Below, in pieces: positions 55,764-64,000 of a stretch of 64,000 nucleotides of DNA (the stretch's first letter is position 1; the number at the start of each line of letters is the position of its first letter). This DNA is from Thermovirgaceae bacterium. GTDB taxonomy: Bacteria > Synergistota > Synergistia > Synergistales > Thermovirgaceae. The DNA is taken from contig JAUSOU010000086.1 of the NCBI GenBank assembly GCA_030656095.1, positions 3,488 to 67,487 of the forward strand. The letters run 5' to 3'. The notes under the pieces were generated by a model. It was not told where the DNA came from, did not search any database, and saw only the letters and a list, made by a program, of their open reading frames with translations. Made by a program: the position numbers and the translations under genes.

Positions 55764-56711
55764 ATGAGATATTCCGTAGTCTTTCCGGGCCAGGGAGCCC
55801 AGGAAGTCGGGATGGGGAAAGATTTCCGGGATTCCTTCGTTTCGGCCCGGGAAGTTTTTGAAAGGGCGGACGCCGCCCTGAATTTTCCCCTCAGCCGCAT
55901 TATTTTCGAAGGACCTGACGAAGAGCTGAAGAAGACCGAATTTGCCCAGCCTGCAATACTGACAATGAGCATGGCTGTCTTCCGCTCGCTCGAAATAGAT
56001 GAGGGGATCAGTTTTCAACCGGCCCATGTCGCCGGTCACAGTCTTGGCGAATACACCGCTCTCGTCGCATCCGGAACGCTTTCGCTTGAAGACGGTGTAC
56101 GCCTGGTCCATCGAAGGGGTAAGCTTATGCAGGAAGCGGTGCCCCTTGGAAAGGGCTCTATGGCGGCAATAATCGGACTGGAGAGGGGTAAGGTGCTTGC
56201 GATGTGCGAGGCCGCCTCCTCTCTTGGAGTCTGCCAGGCCGCGAACTTCAACGCTCCCGGTCAGATAGTTATTTCCGGAGATACAGAGGCCGTCGACAAG
56301 GCGGTTTCACTATGCAGGGAGGCAGGCGCAAAAAGGGCTCTCCCGTTGAAGGTCAGCGCGCCATTTCATTGCAGTCTCATGCGCCCGGTTGCCAACAGGC
56401 TCAGGGAATCTTTTCCCGACTGCTCGTGGAATTCACCCAGGTGGCCGCTTATCGCCAATGTTTCCGCCAGGACCGAAAATGACGTAAGCAGCATTCAGGA
56501 TGCCCTTTTCCAGCAGACATACATGCCGGTCCTTTGGGCCGATTCAATAGAGTATATGATGTCTCAGGGTGTCGGAAGATTTCTGGAGATCGGACCGGGG
56601 ACTGTTCTTTCGGGACTTATCAAAAGGATAGACCCACAGGCGCAGTGTTTTTCCGTGAATGCCTCTGATAGTATCTCCGGGGCGATTGATTTCCTGAAGG
56701 GAGGGCAATAA
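55764..56711 (+). CDS. fabD: Malonyl CoA-ACP transacylase
   Basis: VVFPGQGAQEVGMG..AGHSLGEYTAL. The ATG at 55764 follows GGAGG. Confidence 0.93.
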   Translation: MRYSVVFPGQGAQEVGMGKDFRDSFVSAREVFERADAALNFPLSRIIFEGPDEELKKTEFAQPAILTMSMAVFRSLEIDEGISFQPAHVAGHSLGEYTALVASGTLSLEDGVRLVHRRGKLMQEAVPLGKGSMAAIIGLERGKVLAMCEAASSLGVCQAANFNAPGQIVISGDTEAVDKAVSLCREAGAKRALPLKVSAPFHCSLMRPVANRLRESFPDCSWNSPRWPLIANVSARTENDVSSIQDALFQQTYMPVLWADSIEYMMSQGVGRFLEIGPGTVLSGLIKRIDPQAQCFSVNASDSISGAIDFLKGGQ

Positions 56712-56712
56712 G

Positions 56713-57459
56713 ATGAATCCTGTAAGGAGGGTGGCCCTTGTAACGGGTGCCGGCCGGGGGATAGGGAGCGCCATCGCCCTTGAGCTGGCGGCAAAGGGGC
56801 ACAAGGTTGCCATCAATTTCCGCACATCGGCCGCGGGCTCGGAAGAGGTGGTGAACGCCATACGTAGCGCAGGGGGAGAAGCGATGGCGTTTCAGGCGGA
56901 TGTATCAGTCTCCGGGGATGTTGCGAAGCTTTTTCCCAGGATCGAGGAAAGCCTCGGCCCTGTCGAGATCCTGGTGAACAACGCCGGTATCACCAGGGAC
57001 GGATTGCTTTTGAGAATGAAGGATTCAGACTGGAGCGAAGTCATAAAAACGAATCTTGAATCGGTCTTTTTGACGACTCGCCAGGCAGCAAGAAATATGG
57101 CGCGATCCCGCTGGGGGCGCATAATTAATATCAGTTCGGTGATCGGGCTTATCGGCAATGCCGGACAGGCCAATTATTCCGCCGCAAAAGCCGGGATAAT
57201 TGGATTCACCAAAAGCACGGCGAGAGAGTTCGGGGCACGGGGCATCACGGCTAATGCCATAGCCCCCGGGTTTATTGAAACCGATATGACCTCGATTCTC
57301 GACGATCAGATCAGGGCCCAGATGATGGCCCGGATTCCCATCGCCAGGCCGGGCAAACCCGGAGATGTCGCGATCCTCGCCGCATTTCTGGCATCGGAAG
57401 AGGCGTCGTATATTACTGGACAGGTCATCGCCGTTGATGGCGGAATGACCATGGTCTGA
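56713..57459 (+). CDS. fabG: 3-oxoacyl-ACP reductase
   Basis: VTGAGRGIGSAIA..NNAG..YSAAKAG.. Confidence 0.93.
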   Translation: MNPVRRVALVTGAGRGIGSAIALELAAKGHKVAINFRTSAAGSEEVVNAIRSAGGEAMAFQADVSVSGDVAKLFPRIEESLGPVEILVNNAGITRDGLLLRMKDSDWSEVIKTNLESVFLTTRQAARNMARSRWGRIINISSVIGLIGNAGQANYSAAKAGIIGFTKSTAREFGARGITANAIAPGFIETDMTSILDDQIRAQMMARIPIARPGKPGDVAILAAFLASEEASYITGQVIAVDGGMTMV

Positions 57460-57498
57460 TAAGGATAAAATAAGTTCTTCGGAGAGGAGGTGAAGGAG

Positions 57499-57750
57499 AT
57501 GAAGATGGAAGAGATCACCGCAAGACTCAAGGAGATCGTTATGGACAGGCTGGATGTCGAAGAGGATCAGATCAAGCCGGAGGCCTCCTTTGTGGAGGAT
57601 CTGGGAGCTGATTCCCTTGATATCGTGGAACTGATCATGGGAATCGAGGAAGAGTTCGACATCGAGATTCCCGATGAGGACGCCGAAAAACTGACAAACA
57701 TCGGTGAGGCAATGGATTACATCAAGGGCAAGCTTGGAGTTGAAGAGTAA
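57499..57750 (+). CDS. acpP: Acyl carrier protein
   Basis: [13 protein letters not shown] carries the phosphopantetheine-attachment Ser. Start is one of ATG 57499, ATG 57505 or GTG 57490. Confidence 0.93.
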   Translation: MKMEEITARLKEIVMDRLDVEEDQIKPEASFVEDLGADSLDIVELIMGIEEEFDIEIPDEDAEKLTNIGEAMDYIKGKLGVEE

Positions 57751-57857
57751 AAGATCCGGGGGAAATGTGCGGGGGGAATGATCTCCCCGTACATTCTCTG
57801 GTACTCCGTTCTCTGCATCATCAAATGAAGCTGGGGGAACCGAAGGAGTGAGCCATT

Positions 57858-59099
57858 TTGAGAAGGGTTGTCATCACGGGAATGGGGGTTGTTTCTCCCA
57901 TAGCCCATGGACGAGAAAAATACTGGAGGTTGCTTGAAGAGGGGCAAAACGGCGTTGAAGCAATTTCCATTTTTGACGCTACGGATTATTCGGTCAAAAT
58001 AGCCGCCGAGATCCGCGAATTCGATCCGGAAAAATGGATGGACCGCAAGGATGCCCGGAGATCCGACAGGGTGATCCAGTTCTCGGTTGCGGCATCCGAC
58101 ATGGCTGTCGAAGATGCCTCTCTGAATGTAAATAACCTTGATCCCGATAGATTCGGCGTATTCATCGGAAGCGGCGAGGGCGGGATCACCACCAGCTACG
58201 AGGGGATGAAGACCCTTCTGGAGAAGGGGCCCTCAAGAGTCGGTCCATTCTGCGTGCCGATGATGCTCAGCAACATGCCTGCTGCATACGTTGCAATACG
58301 TTTCGGGGCAAAGGGCCCGAACATTTGCGTAGTAACCGCCTGTGCATCGGCCACCCACACCATGGGGGAAGCCTACCACACTATAGTCAGGGACGACGCG
58401 GACATTATCCTTGCCGGAGGCGCAGAGGCCGCCCTTACCCAGGTTGCCGTTGCTGGTTTTGCTGCGATGAAGGCCCTTTCAACGAGAAATGACGATCCTT
58501 CCCACGCATCGAGGCCTTTCGATGTCGACCGGGACGGCTTTGTCATGGGGGAAGGGGCCGGAGTGCTTGTTTTCGAGGAACTGGAGCATGCTCGCCGAAG
58601 GGGAGCGAAGATCTTCGCTGAGGTCAAGGGATTCGGTTCCACCTGCGATGCCTACCACATCACTGCCCCTGATCCCGATGGGAGCGGCCCCGCAAAGGCG
58701 ATGCTTCTGGCTGTTAAAAGGGCGGGGTGGAAGCCCGAGGATGTAGAGCTGATAAACGCTCATGGCACCTCGACAAGCCTTAACGACAGGATGGAAGCAA
58801 CTGCCATAAGGAGAGCATTTGGGGATGCCACCGACAGGATTCTCGTCAATTCCACAAAATCAATGATAGGGCACACACTCGGAGCAGCAGGAGCCCTTGA
58901 GACGATCGCCGCCATCCAGTCTCTGGTGGAGGGCGTGGTCCACCCGACACGCAACTGTGTCAATCCCGATCCTGAATGCCCGATCAATGTTGTTCCCGAC
59001 GGAAAATCGCTTAAAAGGAATATTTCCAGGCTTCTTGTCAATAATTTCGGTTTTGGCGGACACAATGCTGTTGTCGCCATCGAAAAGTTCAAGGAATAG
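57858..59099 (+). CDS. fabF: 3-oxoacyl-ACP synthase II
   Basis: RRVVITGMGVVSP..ACASATH..NAHGTSTSLND..GHTLGAAG. Confidence 0.93.
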   Translation: MRRVVITGMGVVSPIAHGREKYWRLLEEGQNGVEAISIFDATDYSVKIAAEIREFDPEKWMDRKDARRSDRVIQFSVAASDMAVEDASLNVNNLDPDRFGVFIGSGEGGITTSYEGMKTLLEKGPSRVGPFCVPMMLSNMPAAYVAIRFGAKGPNICVVTACASATHTMGEAYHTIVRDDADIILAGGAEAALTQVAVAGFAAMKALSTRNDDPSHASRPFDVDRDGFVMGEGAGVLVFEELEHARRRGAKIFAEVKGFGSTCDAYHITAPDPDGSGPAKAMLLAVKRAGWKPEDVELINAHGTSTSLNDRMEATAIRRAFGDATDRILVNSTKSMIGHTLGAAGALETIAAIQSLVEGVVHPTRNCVNPDPECPINVVPDGKSLKRNISRLLVNNFGFGGHNAVVAIEKFKE

Positions 59100-59112
59100 G
59101 GAAGCAGAGTTT

Positions 59113-59823
59113 TTGACCAGCCAGGAACAGAACGAAGAGATCCCCGGGATCACCGAGTTGGAGCTCCATGCAAGCTACAGCTTCAAGAACAGGCAGACCC
59201 TTGTGGAGGCGTTGACTCACGCCTCCTTTTCCAATGAGAACGGCCTGTCATATTGCAACGAGCGGCTGGAATTCCTCGGAGACGCTGTTCTGGAACTATG
59301 CGCTTCCTCCGTTCTCTTTGAGGCTTTCCCTGACGACGATGAGGGTGCCCTTTCCCACAGGAGGGCGTCGATCGTCTGCGAGGATTCGCTCAGCGCCTGG
59401 GCCGTGAATGCCGGAATACCGTCCCTCCTGAGACTTGGAAGGGGATTGTCCCGGAGCGGGGGGCGCAGGCAGCCCGTCCTCTGTGCCAATGCGGCCGAGG
59501 CGGTATTCGGGGCCATATTCATCGACGGCGGCTATCAGGCAGCCAGAACTGTGGTCGGCGCCTACTGCCAACAAACCTTTGCCGCGAACGGAAGCGCACC
59601 GATGAACCCCAAGGCCACCCTGCAGGAGCTGATGGAAAAAATGGGGCTCGGAAAACCGGAATACACCCTGACCGGGCGAAGCGGCCCCCCACATGCCCCG
59701 CTTTTTCAGGTATCGGTCGGGTATTCGGGCCGGATCACAGGCGGAGGCGAGGGCCGTACGATAAAAGAAGCCGAGAGGAAAGCTGCGGAAAAAGGTCTCC
59801 AATACTTTTTGGACGACATTTAA
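59113..59823 (+). CDS. rnc: Ribonuclease III
   Basis: NERLEFLGDAVLEL is the catalytic signature, with a C-terminal dsRBD (GPPHAPLFQVSV..GRTIKEAERKAA). I prefer the TTG at 59113. The track's extension overlaps fabF. Confidence 0.88.
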   Translation: MTSQEQNEEIPGITELELHASYSFKNRQTLVEALTHASFSNENGLSYCNERLEFLGDAVLELCASSVLFEAFPDDDEGALSHRRASIVCEDSLSAWAVNAGIPSLLRLGRGLSRSGGRRQPVLCANAAEAVFGAIFIDGGYQAARTVVGAYCQQTFAANGSAPMNPKATLQELMEKMGLGKPEYTLTGRSGPPHAPLFQVSVGYSGRITGGGEGRTIKEAERKAAEKGLQYFLDDI

Positions 59824-59835
59824 TAGTGCAACCGG

Positions 59836-59864
59836 TTGCATGAATATTTTCCATCTGTTACAAT
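59836..59864 (+). promoter_or_regulatory. Candidate pyr operon promoter (TTGCAT-17-TACAAT)
   Basis: Hexamers at 59836-59841 and 59859-59864. Confidence 0.45.
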
Positions 59865-59940
59865 CTACGGGAGAAATATGTTTCTTCCGGAGGTGGCCAA
59901 ATATCCGTGAAAAAGCGGAGTACTGGTTCCATCAAAATTA

Positions 59941-59997
59941 ATGGAATGCAGAGGGGGCGGGAAACCCGAAAGGGGATTCTCCGGCCCCCCTTTTTTT
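59941..59997 (+). promoter_or_regulatory. pyr leader attenuator: G+C-rich terminator hairpin plus a T7 run immediately before pyrR
   Basis: GGGGGCGG (59953-60) pairs with CCGGCCCCCC (59981-90), and T7 lies at 59991-97. Mutually exclusive GGG-AAA-CCC and CCC-GAAA-GGGG mini-helices sit inside. The upstream GCAGAGGGGG resembles the purine-rich PyrR-binding loop. Confidence 0.55.
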
Positions 59998-60012
59998 ATG
60001 GAGGTGAATGAA

Positions 60013-60561
60013 TTGCTGATAGAGAAGGCCAAAGTGATGACCGCCCAGGACATGGAAAGGATCCTGAAACGAATGTCCCATGAAATACTCGAGAGGAACC
60101 ACGGGCTTGAAAACATGATAATAGTTGGTATTCAGCGGCGTGGTGTCTACCTTGCAAACCGCCTGGGAGGTATTCTTGCCCATTTCGAATCCACCAGGGT
60201 GCCTTCGGGAGTTCTGGACATCACCCTTTACAGGGATGATCTTACGCTGCTTCACGATCAGCCCGTTGTCCACAGCACGTCGATCCCCAATGACGTGAAC
60301 GCCAGGAAGATCCTGCTTGTAGACGATGTCCTCTATACGGGCCGGACCATAAGGGCAGCCATGGATGCCCTTATGGATCTTGGCCGCCCGGCCAGCGTCC
60401 AGCTTGCTGTCCTTGTGGACAGGGGGCACCGGGAATTGCCCATACACCCCGATTACATCGGCAGGACCATACCCACTTCAAAGAACGAAGTGATCGAAGT
60501 CCGGGTAAGCGAACTTGACGGAAAAGATGAAGTCGTTATCTGCGAAAGAGGGGAAGGGTAA
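60013..60561 (+). CDS. pyrR: Bifunctional pyrimidine operon regulator / uracil phosphoribosyltransferase
   Basis: AKVMTAQDMERILKRMSHEILERN..IIVGIQRRGV..LLVDDVLYTGRT. The TTG at 60013 lies 7 nt after GGAGGTG. Confidence 0.9.
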   Translation: MLIEKAKVMTAQDMERILKRMSHEILERNHGLENMIIVGIQRRGVYLANRLGGILAHFESTRVPSGVLDITLYRDDLTLLHDQPVVHSTSIPNDVNARKILLVDDVLYTGRTIRAAMDALMDLGRPASVQLAVLVDRGHRELPIHPDYIGRTIPTSKNEVIEVRVSELDGKDEVVICERGEG

Positions 60562-60564
60562 TAA

Positions 60565-61494
60565 ATGGAGTGGAAACACCGGCACGTCCTTGATCTTGAT
60601 ACATGGGAGAGACCCGACCTGCAGCATATTCTTGAACAGGCAAGATCCATGGACGAACTCCTGGACAGGCCTATCAAGAAAGTTCCGGCTCTGCGGGGAA
60701 AGCTTGTCGTCAACCTCTTTTTCGAGGCCTCGACAAGGACACGGGTATCCTTTGAACTGGCGGAAAAATTTCTGAGCGCCGATGTTGTCAACTGGTCCGC
60801 ATCGGGGTCCAGCACCGGCAAGGGGGAGACGCTGAGGGATACTGCCTGGACCCTCGAGGCCATGGGGGCCGATGCGGTTGTCATAAGGCACGGGGCCGTG
60901 GGAGCGGCAGACTATCTGGCCAGAAAATTGAAAAAGAGCGTCGTTTTCAACGGAGGCGACGGGGCTCATTCGCACCCGACTCAAGCGCTTCTGGATCTCT
61001 ATACTGCCTGGAAGAAGATCGGCCCCCTCGAGGGGAAAAAGGTTGCGATGATCGGAGATGTCCTTCATAGCAGAGTCGCACGCAGCGACATCATAGCCTT
61101 CAGCAAAATGGGGTCCAGCGTTGTTCTCTCCGGGCCGGCCACCCTGATGCCCAGGAGTGTCGAGGCCCTGGGTGCGACATACGATGAAAATCCGAGGTCC
61201 GCAGTCCGGGACGCGGACATCATTTACCTTCTAAGGATCCAGAAAGAGCGTCAGGATGAGGGGATGTTCCCCTCCCTTGACGAATATCACCAGCTTTTCG
61301 GTTTTGACGCGGCTCTTCTTAAGCACGCCAGACCGGATGCCCTGGTGATGCATCCGGGTCCGATCAACCGTGGAGTCGAGATCGCCAGCGATGTCGCCGA
61401 CGGTTCACAGAGCATGATCCTGGGGCAGGTCAGAAGCGGCGTTGCCATCAGGATGGCCCTCCTCTTTGTCTATCTTGGAGGTGTCAGACAGTGA
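60565..61494 (+). CDS. pyrB: Aspartate carbamoyltransferase catalytic subunit
   Basis: FFEASTRTRVSFE..HPTQALLD..HPGPINRG. Confidence 0.95.
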   Translation: MEWKHRHVLDLDTWERPDLQHILEQARSMDELLDRPIKKVPALRGKLVVNLFFEASTRTRVSFELAEKFLSADVVNWSASGSSTGKGETLRDTAWTLEAMGADAVVIRHGAVGAADYLARKLKKSVVFNGGDGAHSHPTQALLDLYTAWKKIGPLEGKKVAMIGDVLHSRVARSDIIAFSKMGSSVVLSGPATLMPRSVEALGATYDENPRSAVRDADIIYLLRIQKERQDEGMFPSLDEYHQLFGFDAALLKHARPDALVMHPGPINRGVEIASDVADGSQSMILGQVRSGVAIRMALLFVYLGGVRQ

Positions 61495-62810
61495 AGATCC
61501 TTTTCAGAAACGGACTGTTGTTTGACGGAACGACCCTTTCCTGTGAGAAGACGGATATCCTGACGGAAGACGGCATCATATCCCGCATCGGTAAGGGGAT
61601 CGATGATGAAGGCGCAAATGAGGTTTACAATCTTTCTGGCCTGATCCTCAGCCCTGGATTCATCGACCTTCACTGTCATCTTCGTGACCCCGGCCAGGAG
61701 TGGAGAGAGGATCTTCTTTCAGGATCCAGGGCGGGCGCGGCGGGGGGTTTTTCCACCCTGGTGTGCATGCCAAATACCGACCCGCCAGTGGACAACGCGG
61801 CGCTCATCCGATATCTCCTGGAAAAAGGGGAGGAGTGCGAGGGTTCCCGGATCCTTCCATCAGGATGCCTGAGCAGGGAGAGGGCGGGGAAAACTCTTGC
61901 CGAGATGGGGAAAATGGCTATTGCGGGTGCGGTCATATTCACTGATGACGGAAGTCCTGTCAGCGACACCAATCTCCTGAGGCTCGCTCTCCTGTATAGC
62001 TCCAGACTCGGAGTGAGGGTCATGGAACACCCCGAGGACAGATCGTTGACCTCAGGGGCGCAGGTCAACGATGGAATATGTTCCACCTTTTCCGGCCTTA
62101 AGGGGTGGCCGTCATCCGCGGAAGCATCGGACATATTCAGGGGAGTCAGCCTTAGCATGGACACCGGTGTTCCGATCCACTTCACACATGTGAGCGCCAA
62201 AGAATCCATAAACGCGGTAAGGATCGCCAAGGCATCGGATTGCAAAGTCACCTGTGATGTTACCCCCCATCACCTCTGCCTTGATGAGAGCATGGTGATC
62301 GGATCCGGTTACGACGGAGTGTTCAAGGTAACCCCCCCTCTCAGGAGCGCCAGCGACACGGATGCGTTGTGGGAGGGGATCCGTGACGGAACCGTTGATG
62401 CCATAGCAACCGACCATGCACCCTATCATCTTGACGAGAAGGATCTTCCGTTCCAGGAATCGTCTTTCGGGATCGCTTCTCTGGAATGTGCCGTCGCGGC
62501 AGTACTTGACGAATGGAAGAGACGGAAAGAGCCTTGTCCGCTTGAACGGCTTCTCTCGCTCTTCACTTCGGGGCCGGCCCGCCTCCTGCCCGAAAAGTGG
62601 AGGACCCTCGGCCTGATCGCTGCAGGAAGCCCTGCAGATCTTACTGTGATCGACCCCGCATTTGAACAGACTGTAGATGTCTCCAAATGGAAGAGCAAGG
62701 CAAGGCTGACCCCCTGGAACGGGCGCACGCTGAGAGGTTGGCCTGTAATGACCGTGGTCCGGGGGAAGATAGCCTACAGTCTGATAGATCGTGTTTCCGG
62801 GGGGAAATGA
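61491..62810 (+). CDS. pyrC: Dihydroorotase
   Basis: PGFIDLHCHLRDPG..FTDDG..TDHAP. Confidence 0.93.
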   Translation: MKILFRNGLLFDGTTLSCEKTDILTEDGIISRIGKGIDDEGANEVYNLSGLILSPGFIDLHCHLRDPGQEWREDLLSGSRAGAAGGFSTLVCMPNTDPPVDNAALIRYLLEKGEECEGSRILPSGCLSRERAGKTLAEMGKMAIAGAVIFTDDGSPVSDTNLLRLALLYSSRLGVRVMEHPEDRSLTSGAQVNDGICSTFSGLKGWPSSAEASDIFRGVSLSMDTGVPIHFTHVSAKESINAVRIAKASDCKVTCDVTPHHLCLDESMVIGSGYDGVFKVTPPLRSASDTDALWEGIRDGTVDAIATDHAPYHLDEKDLPFQESSFGIASLECAVAAVLDEWKRRKEPCPLERLLSLFTSGPARLLPEKWRTLGLIAAGSPADLTVIDPAFEQTVDVSKWKSKARLTPWNGRTLRGWPVMTVVRGKIAYSLIDRVSGGK

Positions 62811-63601
62811 TGGACCTGCTTCACAAAAGCAAACACCAGCCTCCGCTCGACCTCAAGGGCAGCCTCGCGTTTTCCGAGGCTGCAGGAAGCGGCTGCCGCT
62901 ACATCCGTGTCGAAACTGATTCCGCCCTCCCGGACACCTCCCCCGGCCAGTTTTTTCTGTTGCGGGTGAGCGGGGTGTCGGACCCCCTTCTCGGAAGGCC
63001 TTTCGCCTCGTTCTCTGGTTCCGGAAATTCTGTGGATTTTCTTTTCAGGCCGGTTGGAAGGGGAACTGAACTCCTGGCCTCGCTCCCTCCCGGGACAAGG
63101 GTCGATCTCAGGGGGCCGTGCGGCAACGGTTTCCCAGTGCCTCGAAGCCGAAGACTTATCCTGGTTGCCGGAACTCTGGGCATTGCCCCATTTCTTGATG
63201 CAGCAGCCCGCTTCAGCCGGACACTTGGAGTTACAACCATTCTCGGGGTACCCGGACACGGGTGGCGCGATTTCTCCGGATGGTGCAGGGATAGAATTCC
63301 CGATATCCATATCGCCTCCGATGACGGAACGATAGGGAATCCCGGAACTGCCGTCGAAGAGGCCCTTTCCCTCTTCCAGCACGAAGATGAGGTTTGGGCC
63401 TGCGGTCCCAATCCCATGCTCAAAAACATGGGGGCCATGCATTCGGCCGGATGCGAGAGGCTTTTCGTCAGTCTGGAAAGAAGGATGGCGTGCGGCATGG
63501 GCGGGTGCCTTGGATGCTCAATCGAGACCCGTTCCGGTTCTGCGCGGGCATGCGTTGAGGGTCCCGTCTTCGAATGGAAAGAGGTTTTGTGGAATGAGTA
63601 A
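62807..63601 (+). CDS. pyrK: Dihydroorotate dehydrogenase electron-transfer subunit
   Basis: GRPFAS..GPCGNGF and the C-terminal 2Fe-2S motif CGMGGCLGCS..C. The ATG at 62807 overlaps the pyrC stop. Confidence 0.88.
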   Translation: MMDLLHKSKHQPPLDLKGSLAFSEAAGSGCRYIRVETDSALPDTSPGQFFLLRVSGVSDPLLGRPFASFSGSGNSVDFLFRPVGRGTELLASLPPGTRVDLRGPCGNGFPVPRSRRLILVAGTLGIAPFLDAAARFSRTLGVTTILGVPGHGWRDFSGWCRDRIPDIHIASDDGTIGNPGTAVEEALSLFQHEDEVWACGPNPMLKNMGAMHSAGCERLFVSLERRMACGMGGCLGCSIETRSGSARACVEGPVFEWKEVLWNE

Positions 63602-64000
63602 GCTCGCCGGCCTCCATATAAATGTCGGGGGAGTTTCCATGGAGACTCCTGTGATCATCGCATCGGGCGTCTGGCCCATGAACCCCTCGCTGTGGCCCAA
63701 GGGCTCACTTGAGGGAGTCGGAGCCATATGCAGCAAGGCGATCACCCTTGAGCCGAGGGCTGGAAACCGGGGAAACAGGCTCCGCGAGACTCATTCCGGT
63801 CTCCTGAACAGCATAGGGCTTCAGAACGGCGGAGCCGTCTCTTTTATTGAAAATGATCTCCCGGCACTTTCGTCCTCCGGAAAACCGGTCGTTGCGAACA
63901 TTGCTTTCGAGACGCTTGATGAGCTCCGGATGATCATAGAAAGGCTCAATTCGTGCAGGGACATGATAGGCGCCATTGAAATGAATGTGTCATGCCCCAA
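63594..64000 (+). CDS. pyrD: Dihydroorotate dehydrogenase B catalytic subunit. The 3' end runs off the window.
   Basis: My own translation from the ATG at 63594 gives MSKLAGLHINVGGVSMETPVIIASGVW..AICSKAITLEPRAGN..LLNSIGLQN..IEMNVSCP. Confidence 0.85.
   Translation, partial: MSKLAGLHINVGGVSMETPVIIASGVWPMNPSLWPKGSLEGVGAICSKAITLEPRAGNRGNRLRETHSGLLNSIGLQNGGAVSFIENDLPALSSSGKPVVANIAFETLDELRMIIERLNSCRDMIGAIEMNVSCP

Overview
This window is a dense, almost gap-free stretch of housekeeping chromosome (about 55% GC). Gene order suggests an anaerobic Firmicutes- or Synergistota-like bacterium. I can support about 75 CDS and 2 tRNAs.

Main blocks, in order:
- An HD hydrolase, a cysteine-desulfurase-like gene coupled to hom, then rubrerythrin and tpx.
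- An ornithine-cyclodeaminase-like gene coupled to a threonine-dehydratase-like gene.
- A 10-gene pur operon on the minus strand (purC-S-Q-L-F-M-N-H-D-E) ending in a TIGR01212 radical SAM gene.
- focA-mobA, lepA-hemW, and a selenium module (yedF, then selA-selB).
- veg-ispE-purR, a ferredoxin plus tRNA(CAU), and nif3-trpS.
- scpAB-rluB-cmk-plsC-hflX-yicC-remA-gmk-rpoZ-coaBC-priA-der, then hup.
- rsmA and tRNA-Pro, then a four-subunit porCDAB operon.
- trmB-trmO-rsmD-coaD, tmcAL, ackA, yceD-rpmF.
- fapR-plsX-fabHKDG-acpP-fabF-rnc, then pyrR-pyrBCKD.

I found no CRISPR array, IS element, integrase, prophage, toxin-antitoxin or defence genes, and no convincing novel multi-gene system.

The observations most worth a second look:
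1. trmO and rsmD lie in one reading frame, split only by a single TGA at the foot of a hairpin. rsmD has no canonical start codon.
2. The PriA homologue has lost all of its ATPase motifs.
3. A PurR-operator-like inverted repeat sits between the divergent pur and focA promoters.
4. Several gene couplings and leader structures are not explained by the annotated genes.

All promoter, operator and structure calls come from reading the sequence by eye and still need computation.
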